From an uncultured Actinomycetes bacterium (GTDB taxonomy: Bacteria > Actinomycetota > UBA4738 > HRBIN12), in NCBI GenBank assembly GCA_963704725.1, contig OY969934.1, positions 2,496,001 to 2,560,000 of the forward strand: 64,000 nucleotides of DNA, written 5' to 3'. Position 1 is the first letter of the stretch. Every line of letters starts with the position of its first letter. Shown one piece after another: positions 32,320-42,099 of the stretch. The notes beneath the pieces are model-generated. The model saw nothing but the letters and a program-made list of their open reading frames with translations. It was not told the origin of the DNA and searched no databases. The translations under genes were made by a program, and so were the position numbers.

Positions 32320-33773
32320 CCGGCCGCGAGCTCCGGGTCCTGTTCGTGGAGGATCTTGCGGAAGACATGGAGCTCCTCCTGCGCGAGCTGCGGCGGGGCG
32401 GATTCGAGCCCGACCACCGGCGGGTGGAGACGGCCGAGGACCTGCGGATCGCTCTCGGGGAGCCGTGGGACGTCGCGATCTGCGACTGGGTCCTGCCCTC
32501 GTTCTCGGCCCCCGACGCCATCGCCGTGCTCGAGGAGGCGGAGTTCGACGGCTCGATCCTCGTCGTGTCGGGGTCGATGGGTGAGGAGCACGTCGTCGAC
32601 GCGATGCGCGCCGGCGCGCACGACTACGTCGTGAAGGACAACCTGCACCGGCTGGTGCCGGCCATCGTCCGGGAGCTGCGGGAGGCGGAGGACAGGCGGG
32701 CCATCCGTCGCGCCGACCGGCAGCTCCGGCTCCAGGCTCTCATCGTCGAGAACATCCACGACGCCGTGGTGGTGGCCGACACCGACGGCAAGATCTTGGA
32801 TCTCAACCCGGCCGCCGAGGAGTTGACGGGCCTGGCCCGGGACGACGCGAACGGTCGGCCCGCCGACATCCTGGCCGGACCCGAGTCGGCCGAGGGCCTG
32901 CGCGCCAGGATCGATGCGGGGCTCGAGAAGGAGGGACGGTGGTCGGGCGTCGTCCGCACCGCCTACCCGGACGGGAGCGATCGCTACATCGACCTGTCGG
33001 TCGTGCCGCTCCCGCACGACGGAGGCGGCATGCTCGGCTCGGTCGGCGTCAGCCGGGACATCACCGAGCGGATCCTGACGGAGCAGCGGCTGCGCGAGAC
33101 GATCGACGAGCTCCAGCGGACCGATCTCCAGCGCCGTCAGCTCCTGTCGCGCCTCGTCGCGGCGCAGGAGGAGGAGCGGCAGCGGATCGCCGGGGAGATC
33201 CACGACGACCCCGTGCAGCAGCTGTACGCGGCCACGCTGCGGCTCGGCATGCTCGAGGACCGGATGTCCGACCCCGAGGATCGCGAGGCGTTCGAGCACG
33301 TCCAGGACCTCGTGGGCGGGACGATCGGCCGGCTGCGGCGGATGCTGTTCGAGCTGCAGCCCCGTTCCCTCGAGACGGATGGGCTCGGCCATGCCCTGAA
33401 CGAGTACGTCGAGTACGCCAACCAGGAGAACCACGCCAAGTACGTGCTCGAGGACCATCTCACCACGCCGCTCTCGCACGACATCCGGGCGACCGCGTAC
33501 CGCGTGGTCCTCGAGGCGATCTCGAACGTCCGCAAGCACGCGGCCGCAACCCGGGCGGTCGTCACGATCGCCGACCAGGAGGATGGCCTGCTCATCATCG
33601 TCTCCGACGACGGACGAGGCTTCCTCATGGACGACCGGGTCGACCAGCATCAACCGGGCCACCTGGGCCTGCCGGCGATGCGCGAGCGTGTCGAGCTCGC
33701 CGGAGGCCACCTGAACCTCGCGAGCGCGCCGGGCGAGGGCACCACGCTCGAGGTCTGGCTCCCCGCCTCCTAG
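32316..33773 (+). CDS. Hybrid REC-PAS-HisKA_3-HATPase kinase
   Basis: FVED...ICDW (REC), PAS, QEEERQRIAGEIHD, EAISNVRKHA, DDGRGF and GLPAMRER. Confidence 0.92.
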   Translation: MTGRELRVLFVEDLAEDMELLLRELRRGGFEPDHRRVETAEDLRIALGEPWDVAICDWVLPSFSAPDAIAVLEEAEFDGSILVVSGSMGEEHVVDAMRAGAHDYVVKDNLHRLVPAIVRELREAEDRRAIRRADRQLRLQALIVENIHDAVVVADTDGKILDLNPAAEELTGLARDDANGRPADILAGPESAEGLRARIDAGLEKEGRWSGVVRTAYPDGSDRYIDLSVVPLPHDGGGMLGSVGVSRDITERILTEQRLRETIDELQRTDLQRRQLLSRLVAAQEEERQRIAGEIHDDPVQQLYAATLRLGMLEDRMSDPEDREAFEHVQDLVGGTIGRLRRMLFELQPRSLETDGLGHALNEYVEYANQENHAKYVLEDHLTTPLSHDIRATAYRVVLEAISNVRKHAAATRAVVTIADQEDGLLIIVSDDGRGFLMDDRVDQHQPGHLGLPAMRERVELAGGHLNLASAPGEGTTLEVWLPAS

Positions 33774-33800
33774 CGCGATCGGCGCGAACCCGACGATCCG

Positions 33801-35072
33801 ATGGTCGTCGCCCGCTCCGCGGGCCCAAGATGGGGCGTGCCCGATCCCACGCCCTCCACGCCGTCGCCTCCCCTGTGGCTCGACCGGCCTCGCCGGTCGG
33901 TCGTCATCGCCTTCGCCGTGCACGCCTCGGTGGCGGGCTCGCTGGGGCCGCGGCTACCGGCGATCAAGGCGCAGACCCACGTGTCCGACGCCGGCCTGGG
34001 CAGCGCGCTGGTCGCCTTCGCCGCCGGGCTGTTCATCGGTACCCGGCTCGCGGCGTGGCCGATCCGGCGGTTCGGGAGCCGCACCGTCCTGCGGGTCGTC
34101 GTGCCGCTGTTCTGCGCCTCGCTCCTCGGTCCGGCCTCTGCCGGAGGCCTGCCCAGCCTGGTGGCGGCGCTGCTGGTCATGGGGGTGGGCTCGGGCTTCC
34201 TGGACGTGGCGATGAACGCGAACGCCGTGGTGGTGGAGCGCCGGGCCGGCCGGCCGATCATGTCGGGCATCCACGGGGTCTGGAGCTCGGGACTGCTCGC
34301 GACCTCGGGCGTCGCGGCCCTGGCGGCGGCGCTCGACGCGTCCCCCAGGGTGCACTTCGCCGTCGTGGGCGCCGTCGTCGCGGCGGCGAGCGCGCTCCCC
34401 CTGCGCGGGCTCCTCGGTCCCGAGGCCGAGGAGCGCCCCGGCGACGCCGTGGCGGCGCCGGGGCGGGGCGGACCGGCGTTGGCATGGTCGGCCGTCCTGC
34501 CGCTCGGCCTCATCGGGTTCTGCTCGTTCCTCGGCGAGGGGGCCACCCACGACTGGAGCGCGGTGTACCTGCGCGATTCCCTCGACGCATCGCCGGCGGT
34601 GGCGGCGATCGGCGTCTTCGGGTTCGCGCTCGGCATGACCGTGTCGCGGTTCGTCGCCGATCGCCTGGTCGTGCGGTTCGGACCCGTCGCCGTGGTCCGG
34701 ACCGGAGGGCTCGTCGCCGGAGCGGGGCTCGCCCTGGGACTGCTCGTCGCCGAACCGGTCGCCGCGATCGCCGGCTTCACCGTGCTCGGGGCGGCCCTCG
34801 CGCCGGTGGTGCCCACGGTCTTCAGCGCCGCGGGCAACGTCCGGGGCGGGGCGGCGGCCCTCGGCTGGGTCGTGACGATCTGCTACGTCGGCGGGATCCT
34901 CGGGCCGGCGCTGATCGGCTACGCGTCCCGCCTCACCAGCCTGCGGGTCGCCCTCGTCATCCCCGCCGCGCTCTCCGTCGTCATCGCCGCGCTGGCCGGC
35001 GGGGCCTCGGTGGCGGGCGAGGCGACGACCGTGGGGGGTGTCGCCGCCCCGCCCGCCGAGGGGCCCTGGTAG
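33801..35072 (+). CDS. MFS transporter
   Basis: About 12 TM segments; RFGSR, DVAMNA, GEG...DWSAVYL and DRLV.RFG. The start may be GTG 33837. Confidence 0.9.
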   Translation: MVVARSAGPRWGVPDPTPSTPSPPLWLDRPRRSVVIAFAVHASVAGSLGPRLPAIKAQTHVSDAGLGSALVAFAAGLFIGTRLAAWPIRRFGSRTVLRVVVPLFCASLLGPASAGGLPSLVAALLVMGVGSGFLDVAMNANAVVVERRAGRPIMSGIHGVWSSGLLATSGVAALAAALDASPRVHFAVVGAVVAAASALPLRGLLGPEAEERPGDAVAAPGRGGPALAWSAVLPLGLIGFCSFLGEGATHDWSAVYLRDSLDASPAVAAIGVFGFALGMTVSRFVADRLVVRFGPVAVVRTGGLVAGAGLALGLLVAEPVAAIAGFTVLGAALAPVVPTVFSAAGNVRGGAAALGWVVTICYVGGILGPALIGYASRLTSLRVALVIPAALSVVIAALAGGASVAGEATTVGGVAAPPAEGPW

Positions 35073-35212
35073 CAGAGGCCCGCGCGCGACGGCCGCGGTC
35101 CGGATCGTGATCCTCTCGACCAGCGAGCTCGACGAGTTCAGGCCTGGTCCGCCCGGGCTGGATCGAGCAGCGCGCCCACGGTGGTGAGAGCATTCCAGCC
35201 GTGGTCAAGCGG

Positions 35213-35380
35213 ATGCGGCGATTCGCGCTCGTGGCGCTCATGATCCTGGCGGCGATCATCGCGCCCGTCGCCCTCCCCATCAGGATGATCGTGGTCCATC
35301 TCCGCCGCGAGACGAGCAGGACCGAGTTCGTCGTTCGCGAGGAGCGGCGGACCGACCTCGAGCTGCCGCAGACGGTCTGA
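35213..35380 (+). CDS. Small (55-aa) putative single-pass membrane protein
   Basis: Hand translation: MRRFALVALMILAAIIAPVALPIRMIVVHLRRETSRTEFVVREERRTDLELPQTV. It has strong G/C third positions and is too short to appear in the ORF track. Confidence 0.6.
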   Translation: MRRFALVALMILAAIIAPVALPIRMIVVHLRRETSRTEFVVREERRTDLELPQTV

Positions 35381-35413
35381 GCCGCTCCTCGCGAACGCCC
35401 GTGTCCGGTTGGG

Positions 35414-36214
35414 CTACGGCGCGTCGATGCCCGTCTGCTGTGAGCCCGGAACGATCGTTACCGCGCTCCGCGTGATCACGACGTCCACCGAAGCCGCGTT
35501 GTTCGAGTCGTTCAGCTCGAGCAGGCGACCGCCCGGGCGCTCCGGGGTGTTGGGATCGGCCACCGTGAGGAGACGGTAGGTGCCGTCGGCGATCATCGTG
35601 ATGTCGATGAACTGGTCGGGCAACGACGACGAGTACGTGTCGCCCATCCCGACCTTCACACCCTGGCGCGCGCTCTGGCCGCAGCTGTGGGACAGGCCCA
35701 TGCCGAAGTTCGGGAGCGTCGAGTTGATCGTGTCAGTGTCGATCATGCAGAAGCTGACCTTCTGGGTCGTGGCGACCACTTGGCCGGTGGATCCGTCCGG
35801 GTTGATCGAGCGGAGCTCGTACCGGGCGAAGTCCTCCATGTGCCAGTGGTTGTGAGCAGGATGGAAGACGAACGTGCCGATGAGCGTCGTCGACACGAGC
35901 GTCATCCGGATGCCGCCCTTCGCCGTCCCCGGGGTGCGCGTGTAGACCTCCTGGAACGCGTTCGTCAGGCCGGTGGTCGAGTCGTTCTCGGGCCGCAGCT
36001 CGAGCGGACCGTCGCCGATGTTGCCGATCGTGTTGGAGAAGAACAGGCGTCGGGTGGACGTGCCCTTGCTCCGCTGGAGGTGGACGCTCGAGGGCGGCCG
36101 CGTGATGAGATCCGGGTAGTACGGATCGCCCGGCTGTACGGCCGAGGCCGGCATCTGCAGGGCCAGCGCCACCAGACACGCGGCGGCGAGCAGCAACTTG
36201 ACGCGATTCAGCAT
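35414..36214 (-). CDS. Secreted lysyl oxidase (LOX)-family copper protein
   Basis: Signal peptide, N.G.GPLE, His cluster FHPAHNHWH, KVSFC, GDTY....PDQFIDIT and E....NN. Confidence 0.88.
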   Translation of the reverse strand: MLNRVKLLLAAACLVALALQMPASAVQPGDPYYPDLITRPPSSVHLQRSKGTSTRRLFFSNTIGNIGDGPLELRPENDSTTGLTNAFQEVYTRTPGTAKGGIRMTLVSTTLIGTFVFHPAHNHWHMEDFARYELRSINPDGSTGQVVATTQKVSFCMIDTDTINSTLPNFGMGLSHSCGQSARQGVKVGMGDTYSSSLPDQFIDITMIADGTYRLLTVADPNTPERPGGRLLELNDSNNAASVDVVITRSAVTIVPGSQQTGIDAP

Positions 36215-36376
36215 CGAGGTCCCTTCTCTTGCTGTCGGCCGCGACCGATCGGACGAGCTCCCGGTTCGCGGCCGTCTCCCCCACCGGGCCTCGTGCGCCG
36301 CGAACGCTACCGCATCGCCCTCTCCGGTGGAACCATCCCGGGCGGCCGGTGGGGATTCCCCCAACGGTCCCGATCG

Positions 36377-36640
36377 CTACGCCGCGGGCTGGGGGCCCGG
36401 CTCGGGGGCGTCGTCGCCCACGCTGATCCTCTTGATCACGCCGACGATCCCGCCGTGGTTCGCCAGCCACGTGAACAGCGCCGGCACGACCGCCACGGTG
36501 CCGGCGACGACCTTCAGCCACACCCCGGTCACCGGGACGCCGAACGCCTCCAGGATCGAGACCACGACCAACGCGCCGCCGCCGAGGGCCCCGGCACCGG
36601 TCTCCGCCGGCCTCCGCTTGACGATCTCCCCTGCCTTCAT
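36377..36640 (-). CDS. Small two-TM membrane protein
   Basis: AG-rich SD before the ATG and two hydrophobic segments. Confidence 0.65.
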   Translation of the reverse strand: MKAGEIVKRRPAETGAGALGGGALVVVSILEAFGVPVTGVWLKVVAGTVAVVPALFTWLANHGGIVGVIKRISVGDDAPEPGPQPAA

Positions 36641-36865
36641 CTCGGATCCCTCCCCTCGTCCGCGAGGTCCATCGAGCGAGCGTGCTCGTCCCGCGACGCC
36701 GCGGCGAGGGCGCTCGTCACCTCCGGGCGGTGACGGCGGTCACCCCGCGCCGCACGGCGCGCATGAGCCGGGGCACTTGCCATAGGGTCGTCGTGAACCC
36801 GGGACGGCCCGGGGCGGCTCGGGAGCGTCGCTCGCGATGGACGGCGCTCCGGAAGGGAGGGGGTC

Positions 36866-38524
36866 GTGCGGAGGATCGCGGTATCCGCGTCGCTGGTGGG
36901 GTTGATGGTCCTGCTCGGCGTTCCCGCCGTGCAGGCCGGCGCCGACGCCGGCAGGACGCGGACCTACGTCGTGAAGTACGAGGCCGGAGCGAGCCTGGTC
37001 CGGGCCCGGGCCGCCGTTCGTGCGGCGGGCGGGACGATCGTCCGCGAGAACGCGAGGGTCGGCGTGGCCACCGTCCGGTCGAGCAACACCCGCTTCATCC
37101 TCGACGCGGCGGCGCAGCCGGCGCTCGTCGGCGCCGCAAGGAACGTCCCCATCGGGAACGCCGGGCCCGGCAGCGTTCGGCCGGCGTGGGATCGGCTCGA
37201 GCGCGGCGGCCCCGTCGGCGACCGCAGGCCCACGCACGCCGACGTGGCATCGAGCGAGCCGCTCTCCTCGCTCCAGTGGGACATGGCGATGATCGGTGCT
37301 ACGGATGCCGGGTCGTACGCCGTGCAGCAGGGCGACCCCCGCGTCCTCGTCGCCTCGATGGACACCGGGGTCGACGCCACCCACCCGGACATCGCGCCGA
37401 ACTTCGACGCGTCGCTCTCCCGCAACTTCACCACCGACATCCCCTTGATCGACGGACCCTGCGAGGACGAGCCCGACGCGTCCTGCAGCGACCCGGCCGA
37501 CGTCGACGAGAACGGCCACGGCACGCACACGTCGGGCACGATGGCGGCCGCCCTGAACGGCGCCGGCATCTCGGGCGTCGCGCCCGGCGTGACCCTGATC
37601 AACGTCCGGGTCGGCCAGGACTCGGGCTACTTCTTCCTCCAGCCCTTCGTCGACGGGCTCACGTACGCGGCGGACATCGGCGTCGACGTGGTGAACATGA
37701 GCTTCTTCATCGACCCCTGGTGGATGAACTGCCCGAGCAACCCGGCGGACTCCCCCGAGGAGCAGGTGGAGCAGCAGACCATCATCGCCTCGGTCACCGC
37801 GACGCTGAACTACGCGCACAAGCACTCGGTCACGGTGGTGGCCTCCGCGGGGAACGAGGTGACCGATCTCGGAGCGCCGACGACCGACACGATCAGCCCG
37901 GACTACCCGCCCGGGGTGGAGCGGACCCGGACGGTCGACAACTCGTGCGTGGTCCTGCCTTCGGAGGGCCGGAACGTCGTCACCACGTCGGCGGTCGGCC
38001 CAAGCGGTCGCAAGTCCTACTACTCCAACTGGGGCCTGCCCGAGATCGACGTCGCGGCTCCCGGCGGCGACCGCCTCGAGTTCTTCGGCACGCCTCAGTT
38101 CAACGCCCCGGAGAATCGGGTGCTGTCGAGCTACCCGCTCACCGTGGCTGCGGGCGGCGGCCTGGTCGACCCGTCGACGTGCACGTCGCTGAACCCGCTG
38201 ATCGTGACGGACACGTCGAGCGGCCAGTGCGCCGTATACGCCTGGCTGCAGGGAACGTCGATGGCGTCGCCGCACGCCGCGGGGGTGGCCGCGCTGATCG
38301 TCAGCCAGTTCGGCGCGGTGGGGGCCGGCGGCGGACTCACCATGCAGCCGAGCAGGGTACAAGCTCGGCTCCAGTCCACCGCGACCGACCACGCCTGCCC
38401 CAACCCGAGGCTGTTCGTGTACCCCAGCTCGCCGGGCACCTTCGACGCGTACTGCGACGGAGGCAAGTCGGTGAACGGCTTCTACGGCAACGGCATCGTG
38501 AACGCGTTCGCCGCGGTGAGCTGA
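36866..38524 (+). CDS. Secreted S8 (subtilisin-family) serine peptidase
   Basis: Catalytic triad MDTG / HGTH / GTSMASPH, oxyanion SAGN, and a signal peptide. Confidence 0.96.
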   Translation: MRRIAVSASLVGLMVLLGVPAVQAGADAGRTRTYVVKYEAGASLVRARAAVRAAGGTIVRENARVGVATVRSSNTRFILDAAAQPALVGAARNVPIGNAGPGSVRPAWDRLERGGPVGDRRPTHADVASSEPLSSLQWDMAMIGATDAGSYAVQQGDPRVLVASMDTGVDATHPDIAPNFDASLSRNFTTDIPLIDGPCEDEPDASCSDPADVDENGHGTHTSGTMAAALNGAGISGVAPGVTLINVRVGQDSGYFFLQPFVDGLTYAADIGVDVVNMSFFIDPWWMNCPSNPADSPEEQVEQQTIIASVTATLNYAHKHSVTVVASAGNEVTDLGAPTTDTISPDYPPGVERTRTVDNSCVVLPSEGRNVVTTSAVGPSGRKSYYSNWGLPEIDVAAPGGDRLEFFGTPQFNAPENRVLSSYPLTVAAGGGLVDPSTCTSLNPLIVTDTSSGQCAVYAWLQGTSMASPHAAGVAALIVSQFGAVGAGGGLTMQPSRVQARLQSTATDHACPNPRLFVYPSSPGTFDAYCDGGKSVNGFYGNGIVNAFAAVS

Positions 38525-38539
38525 GGAGGTTCGTCGCGA

Positions 38540-38572
38540 GGAGGGGCCGCTCCGATCCGGGGCGGCCCCTCC
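38540..38572 (+). terminator. Strong GC hairpin after the S8 gene (candidate intrinsic terminator without a U-tract)
   Basis: GGAGGGGCCGCTCC-gatcc-GGGGCGGCCCCTCC: a 14-bp stem with one G-U pair. Confidence 0.55.
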
Positions 38573-38602
38573 CGCCGTCGCGACGTTGGTAGCGTGGCCC
38601 CG

Positions 38603-39919
38603 ATGGCCACGCGGGTGCCTGCTCGTTCGCGACGGGTCGCGCTCGCGGCCGCGGCGCTCATCGTCCTGGCGGCGTGCACCTCGGGATCGCCGAGCCCGGC
38701 GCCCACCGCCTCCCACGCGCCGTCATCGGGCGGATCACCCACCGGCTCCACCGCCGAGGCGTCGCCGGCGGCGGCGACCTCCGTCGCGGTCGAGGCCCCC
38801 GCCGACGGCTCGCTCCGGGTTCGAGGAACGTACCCCCGCGTCCACTCGAGATGCGTCGACCACGAACGCCGCGTGCTCGAGGCCCGGTACCCCGGCGCCC
38901 TGTCCGTGGAGCGCGCGGACGACGGCACGCTCTCGATCACGGTGACCCTCCCGTTCGAACGCTACCTGGAGGGCATCGCCGAGGTCCCGCCGTCGTGGCC
39001 GCGCGCCGCGCTCGAGGCCCAGGCGGTGGCGGCCCGGAGCTACGCCCTGGCCTCGACCGGCTGGAGCGGTGAGGAGGGCGAGACGCTCCCCACGCCGATC
39101 TGCGCCACGACCTCCTGCCAGGTGTACCGGGGCATGCCCGTCCACGCCGACCCGGTCCTGCACCGGTGGTACGGCGCGGTGCGGCGGACGGCGGGCAGGA
39201 TCCTGGTCTCGGCGAGCCGGCCCGCCGACACGGTGTACTTCTCGACGTCCAACGGCCACACGTACGGCAACGAGGACGTCTTCGGCAGCGCGCCGCTCCC
39301 CTATCTCCGACCCGTGGTCGAGCGCGACGACGGGGCATCGCCGCTGTCGCGCTGGAGCGTGCGGCTGCCCTACGCCGATCTCGCCACGTTCCTGCACGCG
39401 GCAGGCGACTGGCCGGGGTCCCGCGCCGTGTCGAGCGTGGCGCTCGAGGGCTCGACCGTGGTCGTCTCGGGGGCCGGCGTGACCCGGCGGCTCGACCAGA
39501 GCGAGTTCCGCGAAGCGGTGAACGCATGGGCCCCGTGCCTCGCGCCGGACCGGTTCCCGCCGTCTCCCCTGCCGGTGACCGTCCCCTCGCGGTGGATGAC
39601 CATCTCCTCGAGCGCGGACGCCGCGACCGTGACCGGTCGAGGCTGGGGCCACGGCGTGGGGATGGTGCAATGGGGCGCCTACGGCAAGGCGGTCCGCGGC
39701 TGGTCGGCGTCGGACATCCTGGCCTACTACTACGGAGGGCTCCGGCCCCGGCGCTACCCCGAGCCCGGTCTGATCCACGTGCAGGTCGCCACCGGGCTGA
39801 CGTCGCTGCGCCTCGTCCCCTCGGGGCCGGGCGCGACGCTCGACGGCGAACCCCTCGCCCCCGGGACCGTCTCGATCGCGGGCGGTGACGAGCTCACCGT
39901 GGCCATCAGCTCGCGCTGA
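38603..39919 (+). CDS. SpoIID/LytB-domain lipoprotein (lytic transglycosylase-like)
   Basis: Lipobox LAAC, ERYLEGIAEVPPSWP.AALEAQAVAARSYA, CQVY and GWGHGVGMVQWGA. A TAGCGT box lies 7 nt before ATG 38603. Confidence 0.92.
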   Translation: MATRVPARSRRVALAAAALIVLAACTSGSPSPAPTASHAPSSGGSPTGSTAEASPAAATSVAVEAPADGSLRVRGTYPRVHSRCVDHERRVLEARYPGALSVERADDGTLSITVTLPFERYLEGIAEVPPSWPRAALEAQAVAARSYALASTGWSGEEGETLPTPICATTSCQVYRGMPVHADPVLHRWYGAVRRTAGRILVSASRPADTVYFSTSNGHTYGNEDVFGSAPLPYLRPVVERDDGASPLSRWSVRLPYADLATFLHAAGDWPGSRAVSSVALEGSTVVVSGAGVTRRLDQSEFREAVNAWAPCLAPDRFPPSPLPVTVPSRWMTISSSADAATVTGRGWGHGVGMVQWGAYGKAVRGWSASDILAYYYGGLRPRRYPEPGLIHVQVATGLTSLRLVPSGPGATLDGEPLAPGTVSIAGGDELTVAISSR

Positions 39920-40031
39920 ACCAGGGCGACCCGGTCGGGTGCTCCGAGAAGCCGGCCAGCGTCCGCATTCATGGTCTTCTCATGACCGGCCGGGCACGCT
40001 GGCGTCCCCGACACGAGAGGGAGTGATCGGC

Positions 40032-40364
40032 ATGGACCGGAAGACCAAGTGGATCGGCGGTGGGGCGATCGCGCTCGCGGTCGTCGGTGCAGGAACGGGC
40101 ATCGCCATCGCCACGGGTGGGGATGACGACGCTCCGCTCACCGGGTCGGCGCTGGAGCGAGTGACCGCGGCCGCGCTCGCCGAGACCGGCGGCGGAACGG
40201 TCACCGAGACCGAGGTCGGCGACGGCGGCGCGGCCTACAGCGTCGAGGTCCGACTCGACGACGGGAGCCGGGTCGAGGTGAGCCTCGACGCACGGTTCAA
40301 CGTGATCGGTCGGACCGCTGACGACGACGGCACCACCGAGGACTCCGGCGCGGGCGAGGACTGA
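40032..40364 (+). CDS. PepSY-like exported protein
   Basis: N-terminal anchor; AAL...GGGTVTETE......YSVEV...DG...EV.LD..F.V. Confidence 0.8.
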   Translation: MDRKTKWIGGGAIALAVVGAGTGIAIATGGDDDAPLTGSALERVTAAALAETGGGTVTETEVGDGGAAYSVEVRLDDGSRVEVSLDARFNVIGRTADDDGTTEDSGAGED

Positions 40365-40466
40365 TCCCTCCCTCGGACCCTCTGGCACTCGGCTCATCTT
40401 CCTCTCATCGCTCGCGCCGCATCGTGTGACCGCGATCGCACCCCAACGTCGACAGAAGGAGGTCGT

Positions 40467-41210
40467 GTGGTGAAACGGACCCTCGCAGGGCTCGGCGCCG
40501 CGATCATGCTCGCGCTGGGAGGAATGCCGGCCGGGCTCGCCTCTGCCGGCACGTGCCCCATCCCGCTCCCGCAGGGGGGCGACCCGGTGACGCTGGACCC
40601 CGCGGACTTCGTGGCGGTGATCGACAACCCGTTCCTGCCGTGGCCGGTGGGCGCGAGGTGGATCTACCGGGAGAGCGATCCCGAGGGTAACGCGCAGAAG
40701 GTGAAGGTCACCGTCACGTCGCACGCGAAGGAGATCCTCGGCATCCGGGCCACGGTCGTGCACGACGTCGTGTCCGATCGCGGCGAGCTCGTCGAGAACA
40801 CGTTCGACTGGTACGCGCAGGACCGGTGCGGCAACGTCTGGTACCTCGGCGAGAGGACCAGGGAGTACGAGCACGGCGTCGTGGTCAGCACGGCGGGCTC
40901 GTGGGAGGCCGGGGTCGACGGCGCCCAGCCGGGGGTCGTCATGGCGGCCGATCCTCAGGTGGGCGACGCCTACCGGCAGGAGTTCCTGGCCGGCGAGGCC
41001 GAGGACGAGGCCGCGACCCTGAGCCTGGCCGAGCAGGCCGAGGTCCTGGCCGGGCACTTCGACCACCTGATCCTGAGCAAGGAGTTCACACAGGTCGAGC
41101 CGGACGTGCTCGAGTACAAGCTCTACGCGAGCGGCGTCGGCGTCGTGCTCGCGCTCGGCGTGTCCGGCGGCTCGGACCGCGAGGAGCTCGTCAGCTCCTC
41201 GCTGGGCTGA
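40467..41210 (+). CDS. Secreted hypothetical protein
   Basis: Signal peptide and SD; IDNPFLP, E.TFDWYAQD..GNVWYLGE and GSWEAGVDGAQPG. Confidence 0.8.
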   Translation: MVKRTLAGLGAAIMLALGGMPAGLASAGTCPIPLPQGGDPVTLDPADFVAVIDNPFLPWPVGARWIYRESDPEGNAQKVKVTVTSHAKEILGIRATVVHDVVSDRGELVENTFDWYAQDRCGNVWYLGERTREYEHGVVVSTAGSWEAGVDGAQPGVVMAADPQVGDAYRQEFLAGEAEDEAATLSLAEQAEVLAGHFDHLILSKEFTQVEPDVLEYKLYASGVGVVLALGVSGGSDREELVSSSLG

Positions 41211-41517
41211 CGAACGCGCGGGCCTCCTCCACGAGGGAGCGCCAGCGTCGGGCGGCGGTCGGCGAGACCGCCGCCCACTCCTTCATGGGGTGGCCCTTGC
41301 CGGCGTCGAACCGCGTCGCCAGGCGGGAGGTCACGAGCTCGTCGACGCGGCCCTTCGGCAGCTTCACGACCAGCTCTCCACGCACCAGCATGGCGTAGAT
41401 CTTGCCGCCCATCCGAACGCCCTCGGATCTGCCGAAGCCGGTCCCGCCGGTCACCCGGGGCCGCGCGAGCTCGGCTCGGGCGATGGGCTCCCAGATCTGT
41501 TCCGGTGTTCTCGCCAT
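41191..41517 (-). CDS. TfoX/YjbR-like small protein
   Basis: GAGGAGG SD; GGKIYAMLVRGELVVKLP..RVDELV.....RFD.G...MKEW. Confidence 0.75.
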   Translation of the reverse strand: MARTPEQIWEPIARAELARPRVTGGTGFGRSEGVRMGGKIYAMLVRGELVVKLPKGRVDELVTSRLATRFDAGKGHPMKEWAAVSPTAARRWRSLVEEARAFVSPARS

Positions 41518-41691
41518 GTCGAGCCGTCCTCCTCGGGGACGCGAATGGTAGCGGCCGGGTGCGACACATGCGGCCGACGACGTTTCGAGAGTGTGACGAG
41601 CGGCACCTTCGCGAAGCTCACGCCGCCCTTGAACGCCGGCCGACGGTCGGCACATGATGACGCGCTCGGCCGGGGGAAGGGAGGGACGCAG

Positions 41692-42087
41692 ATGGATCCG
41701 CTCACGCTCATCGTCACGGCGCTCGCGACCGGTGCCAGCGCTGCCCTCAAGGAGTCGGCGGGGGACGCGGTCAAGAGCGCGTACGCCAAGCTCAAGGGGC
41801 TGCTGCAGCGCAAGCTCGGCGGGCGCCCGCTGGGCGAGGCCGTGCTCGCCGGCAACGAGGAGGACCCCGAGGTCTGGAAGGAACCCCTGAAGAAGGAGCT
41901 GCAGCAGGCGGAGGCCGATCGCGACGACGAGATCCTCCAGGTGGCCAAGGCGCTCGCCGATCTCGTGGCCCCCGAGGCGAGCCGTGCCTACACGATGAAC
42001 ATCACCAACGCCGGGCCGGTGGCCAAGCAGATCAACATCCAGCACGCCGAGCGCGTGGGGTTCGACGACGACGGGCCCGCCGGCTGA
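41692..42087 (+). CDS. Bell-domain-like helical effector with a C-terminal putative amyloid signalling motif
   Basis: GGAGGG SD. MDPLTLIVTALATGASAALKESAGDAVKSAYAKLKGLLQRK matches the Bell N-terminus (hydrophobic helix, then AVK.AY..LK). Tail ITNAGPVAKQINIQHAERV is shared with the next gene's N-terminus. Confidence 0.85.
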   Translation: MDPLTLIVTALATGASAALKESAGDAVKSAYAKLKGLLQRKLGGRPLGEAVLAGNEEDPEVWKEPLKKELQQAEADRDDEILQVAKALADLVAPEASRAYTMNITNAGPVAKQINIQHAERVGFDDDGPAG

Positions 42088-42099
42088 CCGGACGAGTCG

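Noticed and set aside
36377-36640. Holin-like size and two-TM topology
   Set aside because: There is no adjacent endolysin or phage gene, and topology alone is insufficient.
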